Shown: positions 32,262 through 44,200 of the stretch, piece by piece
Layout of the letters: every line of letters begins with the position of its first letter
Position numbering within the stretch: position 1 is the first letter of the stretch
Assembly (NCBI GenBank): GCA_963662945.1
Contig: OY759974.1
Coordinates: 1,600,001 to 1,664,000 of the forward strand
Source of the DNA: Arcobacteraceae bacterium
Lineage (GTDB): Bacteria > Campylobacterota > Campylobacteria > Campylobacterales > Arcobacteraceae
Length of the DNA: 64,000 bases
Direction of reading: 5' to 3'
Program-made: the position numbers and the translations under genes
Notes under the pieces: model-generated
The model's input: the letters and a program-made list of their open reading frames with translations, nothing else
Told to the model about the DNA's origin: nothing
The model's database searches: none

Positions 32262-35200
32262 ATTTAATCCTGTAGTATCTAAATCGTTATCTATAAATAC
32301 TGAAATAGTACTATTATTTGTATTCGTATATTCAGTGAAGTCTTGACCATCAATATTAGTTGTTGTATCAGATCTTTGCCAACCATCATTTTCATCTAGA
32401 TTAATAGTATCACCATTATCACCTCTGATAACTAAATCATTGTCTTCATCTGTTATAGCAACTATATCTTCTAAATCAATATGAATTGTATCGTTAGAGT
32501 TATTATTACTTAAATTAATCTCTTCAATATTGTTAACACGTGAAGCTATAGAACTTAAATCAAAATTACCATCTGTATCAAGTATATCATATCCAGTACC
32601 GCCATCAATAGTTGCTGTATCTGATGTTAATGTGAATCTTTCACTCACTGAATCCATACTAATATTTAGATTAAAAGTTGCACTATCTCCATCTTCATCT
32701 GAAACTTTTACCTCAAAGGTTTCTTTATCACCATCATCATATTGAGACTGCTTTGCTTCAAAAGTATATGAACCATCCATAAAATCAACAGTTAAACTAC
32801 CACCATTAGTTGTAGTAATAGTTGTCTCATCGGCATCTGTAGGTTTAGTATATTCTATACCATCTACAGTTATAGAATCTATAGTTCCCTCAGAATCTGC
32901 ACCAAAGAAAATGTTACCAGAAAGTGAACCAGTAATATTACCAAGGATTGTATCACTTAGTTTTGTAGGATCTGTAACTTGTTCAACCGATGCATTATTT
33001 CCAACTGCAAGTTGTGCTAAATAACTTCCAGCTGATGTATCAATACCTGTTCCAATACCCAATGCTTGAATCTCTATATTATTATTAGTAATAAAGCTTG
33101 TCCATTGGCTAATGTATGCACTGTCAAGCCAGCTTTTTGATCCATCAGTATCTCCTGAATCTGAATTGTCATATCCATTATTATCCCAAGTACTTTTATA
33201 AGTATTTGTATTGTTAACACTTGTAAACTCAGCTGTTGGATTTCCATCTGAAAGGAAGTATGCCACTGTTGTATCAGCATTTGGAGTACCAATATTATAT
33301 GAATCAACTGTTTCATCTATAGCTGCTTCATAATTTGTATATTGTCCAATACCGCTATTGCTTACATTATTTACTATTGCTTTAAAGCTATCAAAATTAT
33401 TCTCTGTAACAGTCATCCAACTTTGTTGACCACTTGCATTTGAAAAATCCACCATTTTTGCAGTTTCAGCAAAAAGTGTAAGATTTACATTAACAGCTCC
33501 TTGTGACATATATGCTCCTACAGCATCAATAATAGCATCTTTTGCTAATTCAAGCCTATCAGTCTGAGTACCATCATCTAAAGTAATTTTACCATCATTA
33601 TTTGTCATTGAACCAGAAACATCAAGTGTAAATACTAAGTTTGTAGTGGTTGTAGCAGTTACAGTCCCATCAGCTCCAAATGTTAGTTGAGCATTTTGAT
33701 CACTTACAGTTGGTATATCATCAACTATTCTTACATCTAAAGTATTTTCTTTTGTATCTCCGTCTGTATCTGTTACTTTAATACTAATACTATCTACTAC
33801 ACTGTCTTTTTGATTTGCAACTGTATGGTCAGTAGTATTTTCTTTTATTTCATAACTATAGTTTACCATTCCTGTTGTAGCATCATATCCATTGATCTCA
33901 ATCTCACCATAGGTAGTTGTAATAACTTTTGGAGTAGCTACAATATCTAACAATTCACTTTCAGTGATAGTTGTTCCGTTTATAGAAATATTTGAAAGAC
34001 CATCTTCTGTGGTAATTTTAAATGTACCAGTTGTCATTTCTCTGTCATCATAAGAATTTGTAAGTGCTTCTTCATATACAATATTATCACCATCAATATT
34101 TGGTGTAGAATCAGTTATCTCAATATTTATTAAAGCATCACTTGCAGTTGCCTCTTTGTAATTAAGACCATTTTCATTTTCATTTGTTTCTGTTGCTCTT
34201 GCAGTGATATTTAAATTTAAGTCAGAATGTTGTTCAGAAGTAGTCATTGTTAAAGTGTCGCTGATTGTTTTTACCCCTGCCGGAACTGTAACATCCCAAG
34301 AACCATCATTATTATCAACTAAGGTATAAATATCACTTGATAACACAGCTCCAATTGGAACACCAGTAATTGATACAGTTAATGTTTCACTGTTATCTGT
34401 ATCCGCTAAAGCTGCACTTATATTAATATCATATTTATATTCTGTTGTAGTTGTAACACCACCATTTACATCACAATTTAATCCACTTCCATCACCAAAA
34501 GCAATCCCTTCAATATTATTAAATGTTAATGTTTTCCCTGTATCTCTATCAACTATATGACCATCTAGATTATCATGGAAGTGAATATCGCTAAAGTAAT
34601 AACTTGAAGCAGGTTTACTTAAATATAAGATATCTGTACCATCACCTCCAGCAATAGCAGGTTGATTTGCTCCAATATCACCAATAATTGCAATAATATC
34701 ATCTCCATCACCTGCATTTATATTTGAACCACCTTGTATCTCACCTTTTGCTATAATGACATCATTATCATCAGTTCCTAGAACATTTCCATTTTGAACA
34801 ATATTTCCTTCAAAAATAACTCTATTTGAAGTCATGTGATATGTATTATTTATTGTATCAGAAACAACTGTTGCAGAAGAGCTATCAAATGCAGTTGAAT
34901 TATTTAAGTCAATATTATTGATATCTCTTGTTGCATTTTGATTACTAATATTATCATAAAGGGCTAAATCAGAGTCACCAAATGATGTTAATTCAAGATT
35001 ATATTGATCTTGTGCAGGGTTGCCATTTTGATCTTGAGCAAGTTGTATAACCTGATCAGCAGATACATTTCCTTTATCTTGAAGATAAGCAATTAAGTTT
35101 CCTAAATCTTGAGATGTTGAACAAACTTCACCCACTGTAGTAGTAACTATCTCTTCTCCACTTACATTAATGCTTACAGTAGGAATATCTGCTATAGCTG

Positions 35201-38200
35201 TTACCTCTACAGTTGTAGTATGAGTATCACTCCATAGCTCTCCATCACTAACTTTAAAGTTAAAACTACTATCATTATCTGTATCCTTTGATGGTGTAAA
35301 TGAAAGTTTTCCAGTAGTAATATCTGATACATTAATTTCAGTATTTGCAGATATTTCTATTCCATTAAGTTTTAAAACACCATTTGTTGGAAGTGATTCT
35401 ATACTTATTTTTTGAGCTTCTGTTTCATCAGAATATGTTCCAAAGTCATCCATTGTTAATGTATATGGTGTATCTTCTGGTGTTGTAATAGAATCGTCTG
35501 TAGTTGTCGGTGTTGCATTTGTATCCGCTTCAGGAACAGGTGTATCAGTAGCTACATCAATAACTACTTTTACCTCTTCACTAGAATTATTTGATTCATC
35601 AATAACTTTATATTCAAATTCAACTCCTGGAACTTCATGATAAGTAATTCCACCTATAAAGTAGTCACTTGAATCTGTAGATGAACCTTGTGAAGCATAC
35701 TCTTGTGCTGAGAATCTTAATTGGTCAAATACAAGATTATCTATATTAAGTGTTCCTGAGTTACTTCCAGCACTATTATTTGAACCATGTGATTCAGCTG
35801 TAAGTACATAATCAGCACCAGCAGAAGAATTATTAGAAAAAGTAAATACTCCTAAAGATTTTCCATCTAAAAATGCTTCAAATGTACCTACTTCTCCACC
35901 ATTTTCGCCTTGAATTAAGTGAGTGATAGCAACACTAGCATCTGTAACAGGATTTTTAAAATCAAATATTATTGATTCTGCTTTTTGAGCAGTTGGATCA
36001 TAACCTAATTGGTTAGATGGTCCACTTCCTGTATTCCCACTTACTCCTATACCGTCATTTGTAACATAATTTATACTTGCTTCTTGATTGTTTTCATCCC
36101 TTGCGATAACAGTTACATCATCACTTTGCCAACTTGCTGTGATTCCATTATCATAAATACCACCAATAGATTTTTCTTCAGTTTGAGCAGGTACTTGTTC
36201 ATGTGTAGCAGACCAATATACAGTGTCCGCAGTATTCAGTAGTGTTGATGCTTCATCTAAATTAGATGCATCTAGTTTAGTATAAACATCACCAACTTGA
36301 ATATAAACATCACCATAAGTAGGTAATGAAGTGATATCAAATACTAGATTATTTTCTATAGTTTCTATATCTTGTCCACCTAAGTCAGCTGGATCAGAAG
36401 AATCATTTTCTGCATTTGTTATATCTCCATCAAGACCACCACCAATATCAAGTTTTTTAAAGAATGCTATCTCTGCTTCATTTGGAGTATTTGTTTCTGA
36501 TGCAAAAGTAGCAAGTACTGCATCATCTGTATCAAGATTTGAAGTTGTTAAAACTGCATCTGCAACAGGAGGATTAGTATCATCATCAAGTATAGTTACA
36601 GTTCCAGTATCACTTTCTCCTGTACTTAATGTAGCACTTAGACTAAATAGTTCATCATCTTCATTTACATTATTTTCAACAGTATCCATTTTCACTGCAA
36701 ATTTACTTGCACCTTCAGGTATTGAGATTGGATTATTTGAATCGTATACAGTCCAATGAGTTCCATCAAAACTATAAGAGAATGTAGCATCATAATCTTC
36801 AGTTACAAGTGCAGTTCCATCAGCGAGTGTTAATGATACAGTACTATTAGCTTCAGCTCCACTTATTTTAACCGCAAGAACTGCTTCTTCACCCTCATTT
36901 ACAATTATATTATGTGATTGAATATCTGCATCACACATTGTTCCTACAAAAATTGATGGTTCCCCTACAGGTTTTACATTAAGGTAAACTGTTGCTGTAT
37001 CTTGAGCACCAAGTTCATCTTGAATTGTATATTTGAATGTAGCAGGTCCATTATAATCTGGATTAGGGGTAAATGTAATATTTCCATTAGCATCCATAGT
37101 TACAGAACCATTAGTAGCATCTTGTACACTAATCACTTCAAAAGTATGACCTTCTGGATCATTATCATTTTCCATAATTCTATCAGCTGTAATCGTTAAA
37201 GAGTTGTCTTCTAGCATATCAAATTCATTTTGATGGTACTCAGTTCCATCTCCATTATATCTATGAGCAGAGATTCCATTTTCATCTTGCCATGAGATTA
37301 CATAGCTACCATCTTCAAGTGTTGTAACAGCAGGTAGTGTTTGTGCAGTAGTATTTTCACTTACAATTGTAGCATCTGATACATTTGTACCATCAAAAGT
37401 TTTAGCAAATATTGTTCCATTTTCTTCGTAAACAATTACTACACCAGCTGCAAGTGCAGTAATAACTGGATTTGCTCCAGCTGCTATAGTAACCTCAGAA
37501 CCTACACCAGTAGTTGATACAGTTTTAGCCATTATATTTGTATCACTTTGGTAAGTGATAATTGCAGTTCCATTTGATAAAGCAGTTACCTCTGGATTTG
37601 TTTGATTTTCTGCCCCTGTAGCTATAGCAATATCTGAATTTGAAACTACTTCAAGCCCATTAGAAGTTAATTTTAAAGTTTGAGCATAAATATCAAAGTC
37701 ACCATTTGTTCCATTTTGTGATTGCCAAGTCATGATTGCTGTATTATCATCTATCATAACAATATCTGAATCTAATTGATCATTTGTTGTTAATTGATTT
37801 ACAATTACTCTATCACCAACTTCATTTCCAAGTGCATCAAATCTTTGTGCAATAACCCCAAAACCACTTCCATCGTGAGTATCGCTATAAATTGGATTAT
37901 CTGTACCATCTGTTGGATTATTTGCAGTGCCATCATGGTCAGTATTATCAAGTCTAGCATCTGCTGACCATGTTACAATAAATCCACCATCTGGAAGTGC
38001 TACTATTGGATCATATTCTGCACGAGCTACTGTGAATTCTCCACATACAGGATTTCCATTTACATCATAGATTTGACCTTGAATATAGCTACTACCATTA
38101 TCCCAACTATCTTGACCAACATATTGATCATCAGATGTCCAAGTAACTAGATAGTTTCCATTTTCAAGTCCAACAACATTTACATCATGTTGACTTCTTC

Positions 38201-41200
38201 CCCCATCTTCATTTACATTTGTAACAAAAGTATTTACTCTAGTAACATCACCTATAGGTTCTCCGTCTGCATCATATCTTTGGATAAATACATCATGATT
38301 TACTAATCCATTTTGCCATACTGTTTCACCACTATCATTTGTATCTCCATCATTGTTGAAGTCATTTACAATAGCACTTTTATACGAGTCACCACTTACT
38401 TCTGTCCATGCTACAACAAACCCACCATCTTTTAGCGCTGCCACATCTGGTTCAGATTGGTTACCATTGTCAAAAGATGTAACTTCAAATTCACCTTGTG
38501 CTGTTTCAACTTTTCCATAATCATCTGTAGCTATTACTGTGTTTGTATAGTCACCAGTATTTAAACTACATCCACCTATATCAACTGTTATCTCTTTTGT
38601 ATTACTTGTTTTATCACCATCATTAACAGTAAATTCAAATGTTCTTGGATCTCTATTTTCACTATCTGTTTCAAATGTAAGTGACTTCACTGCTTCTTCG
38701 TATTGTCCAATTGTTGCACTACCACTAAGTGTAATAACTAAAGTACCATTGATTACTTCACTATTTCCACTAATTCCATTAGGTAAGTTTTCATATTTGA
38801 TTTCATCACCAGTTTGGTAGTTTTTAAGAACAATTGTAGCACTTTCTAAATTCGTATCATCAACATCTGAAAGTTGAATATTATTTAAAATTTGATCAGT
38901 TTGACTTAATGTTTCACAAGGTTTTATTGTAAGTACAACATCATCATAATCTTTGTCTCCTAAACTCAAATCTTCAAATCCAAGAATTAGTCCACCATCT
39001 TCATTTACAGTTGCTATTACATGATCATGATTATCTGAATTTAAATCATTATCACTATAATAAGCAGTTTGTACAGTATTATTAATAACCATATTCCCTT
39101 GGTCATCAAATGTGATTTCTGAGTTTGTAGTAATATTTTTATCTCCTCCATCAGGGATAATAAAGAAACCTACATTTCCTACAAGATTATTTAATGTACC
39201 TAACATCTCTGCTTGTGTTCCTACAAAGCTAGCATCTTCAACATAAATTATATGTGCTTCTGTAGGATTTCCATTCTCATCTGCTAAATAGTATCCTATT
39301 GCGTTATGATAACTTGCTTGACCACCATTATATTCAACTGACATACTTGATGAAACAGTTCCCATATTTATATTTAAATCTCCATTTTCACCAGCAAAAA
39401 TAAGACCTTTATCAGCGTGTGTGAAATCATCAGGAGTATATTCATCAGCAATGCCATCACCATCAATATCTATAAGCCCATCAATAGTATGTGTAGCTCT
39501 ATCATTTGCACTAATTGATGTAATAACTGGAGCATCATCTTTCCCCTCTACAGTAATAGATAATTTTGCTGTATCATCTGGATTATATCCATCACTTAAT
39601 GTATATGTAAATTGATCAATTTCTGATTTTCCTACATTCCAACTATCTGTGATACTTTCATTTACATCATAAGTATAAGCACCAGTATTATTGATAGTTA
39701 ATGTTCCATAATCACCTGTAATAGTAATATCATCTCCATTTGTAGGTATATTGATAACTGAACCATTGAAATTGATAGCTGTTATACTTAATGGATTTGA
39801 ACCAATATCTGCTTGACTATCTGTGATAACATTACCTGTTGCACTTTGTCCATCATTAGCTTCATCTTCAGCTGCTATAAACTCTGTACCAGTTTCTGTA
39901 GCAGTATTTGTATTATCTTTCGCTTCAGGTGCAATATCATTATCAGTTATAGTTGTTGTAACAACTCCATCTATATCAACAGCTTCATAGATTAATCCAC
40001 TTGTAGGAGCTACGTAGTTTCCTATAGATATTTCTAAGTTTTCACTATTTTCAGCTACTTTATCATCTACTGCATCCATACTAATTGCAGTACCTAAGGC
40101 TATAGAAGTTATAGTAGTTTGTGGTGTATAATCATTATTTTCAGTTGTTTTATTTGTAAAAGTAAAGTCAACTTTTCCTAATTGAGTATCAAGTTGAGTA
40201 CTATCATTGAATACTGTAGTATTTGGTTCAAATGCAAGAGCTACATAATGAGTTGCCCCACCTTCAGCTGTTTCATTAACTGTTAAGTAATTCCCTTGAG
40301 TATCTGTTAATGGGTTTCCATTACTATCTGATGCAAATACTCTAATCATAACTGTATCCTCAAAATCCACAACTTTAGCAGAGGCAGTAGCACCAGTTAC
40401 ATCAGTAGCTTCAAAGTTTCCACCGTTAATAGATTTTACAGTTGCAGTAATAGTTTGCTCATCGTTGTAAACATCCATATCTTTAGAAGGAATATCTAAT
40501 GAACCTTTACCGTTTGCATCTAAGGTTACAGTGTATTCTGTTCCTCCAACTTCAACTGTTAATGTAGCAGTTGTTCCAGCTTGTGGTGGGTTTGTAGTTT
40601 CAAAGTTAAATGTTACATTCTCTGCATTCTCATTTACATCCGCTGTTGTTACAGTTACTTTAGTAGTATCCTCAAAATCCACAACTTTAGCAGAGGCAGT
40701 AGCACCAGTTACATCAGTAGCTTCAAAGTTTCCACCGTTAATAGATTTTACAGTTGCAGTAATAGTTTGCTCATCGTTGTAAACATCCATATCTTTAGAA
40801 GGAATATCTAATGAACCTTTACCGTTTGCATCTAAGGTTACAGTGTATTCTGTTCCTCCAACTTCAACTGTTAATGTAGCAGTTGTTCCAGCTTGTGGTG
40901 GGTTTGTAGTTTCAAAGTTAAATGTTACATTCTCTGCATTCTCATTTACATCCGCTGTTGTTACAGTTACTTTAGTAGTATCCTCAAAATCCACAACTTT
41001 AGCAGAGGCAGTAGCACCAGTTACATCAGTAGCTTCAAAGTTTCCACCGTTAATAGATTTTACAGTTGCAGTAATAGTTTGCTCATCGTTGTAAACATCC
41101 ATATCTTTAGAAGGAATATCTAATGAACCTTTACCGTTTGCATCTAAGGTTACAGTGTATTCTGTTCCTCCAACTTCAACTGTTAATGTAGCAGTTGTTC

Positions 41201-44200
41201 CAGCTTGTGGTGGGTTTGTAGTTTCAAAGTTAAATGTTACATTCTCTGCATTCTCATTTACATCCGCTGTTGTTACAGTTACTTTAGTAGTATCCTCAAA
41301 ATCCACAACTTTAGCAGAGGCAGTAGCACCAGTTACATCAGTAGCTTCAAAGTTTCCACCGTTAATAGATTTTACAGTTGCAGTAATAGTTTGCTCATCG
41401 TTGTAAACATCCATATCTTTAGAAGGAATATCTAATGAACCTTTACCGTTTGCATCTAAGGTTACAGTGTATTCTGTTCCTCCAACTTCAACTGTTAATG
41501 TAGCAGTTGTTCCAGCTTGTGGTGGGTTTGTAGTTTCAAAGTTAAATGTTACATTCTCTGCATTCTCATTTACATCCGCTGTTGTTACAGTTACTTTAGT
41601 AGTATCCTCAAAATCCACAACTTTAGCAGAGGCAGTAGCACCAGTTACATCAGTAGCTTCAAAGTTTCCACCGTTAATAGATTTTACAGTTGCAGTAATA
41701 GTTTGCTCATCGTTGTAAACATCCATATCTTTAGAAGGAATATCTAATGAACCTTTACCGTTTGCATCTAAGGTTACAGTGTATTCTGTTCCTCCAACTT
41801 CAACTGTTAATGTAGCAGTTGTTCCAGCTTGTGGTGGGTTTGTAGTTTCAAAGTTAAATGTTACATTCTCTGCATTCTCATTTACATCCGCTGTTGTTAC
41901 AGTTACTTTAGTAGTATCCTCAAAATCCACAACTTTAGCAGAGGCAGTAGCACCAGTTACATCAGTAGCTTCAAAGTTTCCACCGTTAATAGATTTTACA
42001 GTTGCAGTAATAGTTTGCTCATCGTTGTAAACATCCATATCTTTAGAAGGAATATCTAATGAACCTTTACCGTTTGCATCTAAGGTTACAGTGTATTCTG
42101 TTCCTCCAACTTCAACTGTTAATGTAGCAGTTGTTCCAGCTTGTGGTGGGTTTGTAGTTTCAAAGTTAAATGTTACATTCTCTGCATTCTCATTTACATC
42201 CGCTGTTGTTACAGTTACTTTAGTAGTATCCTCAAAATCCACAACTTTAGCAGAGGCAGTAGCACCAGTTACATCAGTAGCTTCAAAGTTTCCACCGTTA
42301 ATAGATTTTACAGTTGCAGTAATAGTTTGCTCATCGTTGTAAACATCCATATCTTTAGAAGGAATATCTAATGAACCTTTACCGTTTGCATCTAAGGTTA
42401 CAGTGTATTCTGTTCCTCCAACTTCAACTGTTAATGTAGCAGTTGTTCCAGCTTGTGGTGGGTTTGTAGTTTCAAAGTTAAATGTTACATTCTCTGCATT
42501 CTCATTTACATCCGCTGTTGTTACAGTTACTTTAGTAGTATCCTCAAAATCCACAACTTTAGCAGAGGCAGTAGCACCAGTTACATCAGTAGCTTCAAAG
42601 TTTCCACCGTTAATAGATTTTACAGTTGCAGTAATAGTTTGCTCATCGTTGTAAACATCCATATCTTTAGAAGGAATATCTAATGAACCTTTACCGTTTG
42701 CATCTAAGGTTACAGTGTATTCTGTTCCTCCAACTTCAACTGTTAATGTAGCAGTTGTTCCAGCTTGTGGTGGGTTTGTAGTTTCAAAGTTAAATGTTAC
42801 ATTCTCTGCATTCTCATTTACATCCGCTGTTGTTACAGTTACTTTAGTAGTATCCTCAAAATCCACAACTTTAGCAGAGGCAGTAGCACCAGTTACATCA
42901 GTAGCTTCAAAGTTTCCACCGTTAATAGATTTTACAGTTGCAGTAATAGTTTGCTCATCGTTGTAAACATCCATATCTTTAGAAGGAATATCTAATGAAC
43001 CTTTACCGTTTGCATCTAAGGTTACAGTGTATTCTGTTCCTCCAACTTCAACTGTTAATGTAGCAGTTGTTCCAGCTTGTGGTGGGTTTGTAGTTTCAAA
43101 GTTAAATGTTACATTCTCTGCATTCTCATTTACATCCGCTGTTGTTACAGTTACTTTAGTAGTATCCTCAAAATCCACAACTTTAGCAGAGGCAGTAGCA
43201 CCAGTTACATCAGTAGCTTCAAAGTTTCCACCGTTAATAGATTTTACAGTTGCAGTAATAGTTTGCTCATCGTTGTAAACATCCATATCTTTAGAAGGAA
43301 TATCTAATGAACCTTTACCGTTTGCATCTAAGGTTACAGTGTATTCTGTTCCTCCAACTTCAACTGTTAATGTAGCAGTTGTTCCAGCTTGTGGTGGGTT
43401 TGTAGTTTCAAAGTTAAATGTTACATTCTCTGCATTCTCATTTACATCCGCTGTTGTTACAGTTACTTTAGTAGTATCCTCAAAATCCACAACTTTAGCA
43501 GAGGCAGTAGCACCAGTTACATCAGTAGCTTCAAAGTTTCCACCGTTAATAGATTTTACAGTTGCAGTAATAGTTTGCTCATCGTTGTAAACATCCATAT
43601 CTTTAGAAGGAATATCTAATGAACCTTTACCGTTTGCATCTAAGGTTACAGTGTATTCTGTTCCTCCAACTTCAACTGTTAATGTAGCAGTTGTTCCAGC
43701 TTGTGGTGGGTTTGTAGTTTCAAAGTTAAATGTTACATTCTCTGCATTCTCATTTACATCCGCTGTTGTTACAGTTACTTTAGTAGTATCCTCAAAATCC
43801 ACAACTTTAGCAGAGGCAGTAGCACCAGTTACATCAGTAGCTTCAAAGTTTCCACCGTTAATAGATTTTACAGTTGCAGTAATAGTTTGCTCATCGTTGT
43901 AAACATCCATATCTTTAGAAGGAATATCTAATGAACCTTTACCGTTTGCATCTAAGGTTACAGTGTATTCTGTTCCTCCAACTTCAACTGTTAATGTAGC
44001 AGTTGTTCCAGCTTGTGGTGGGTTTGTAGTTTCAAAGTTAAATGTTACATTCTCTGCATTCTCATTTACATCCGCTGTTGTTACAGTTACTTTAGTAGTA
44101 TCCTCAAAATCCACAACTTTAGCAGAGGCAGTAGCACCAGTTACATCAGTAGCTTCAAAGTTTCCACCGTTAATAGATTTTACAGTTGCAGTAATAGTTT

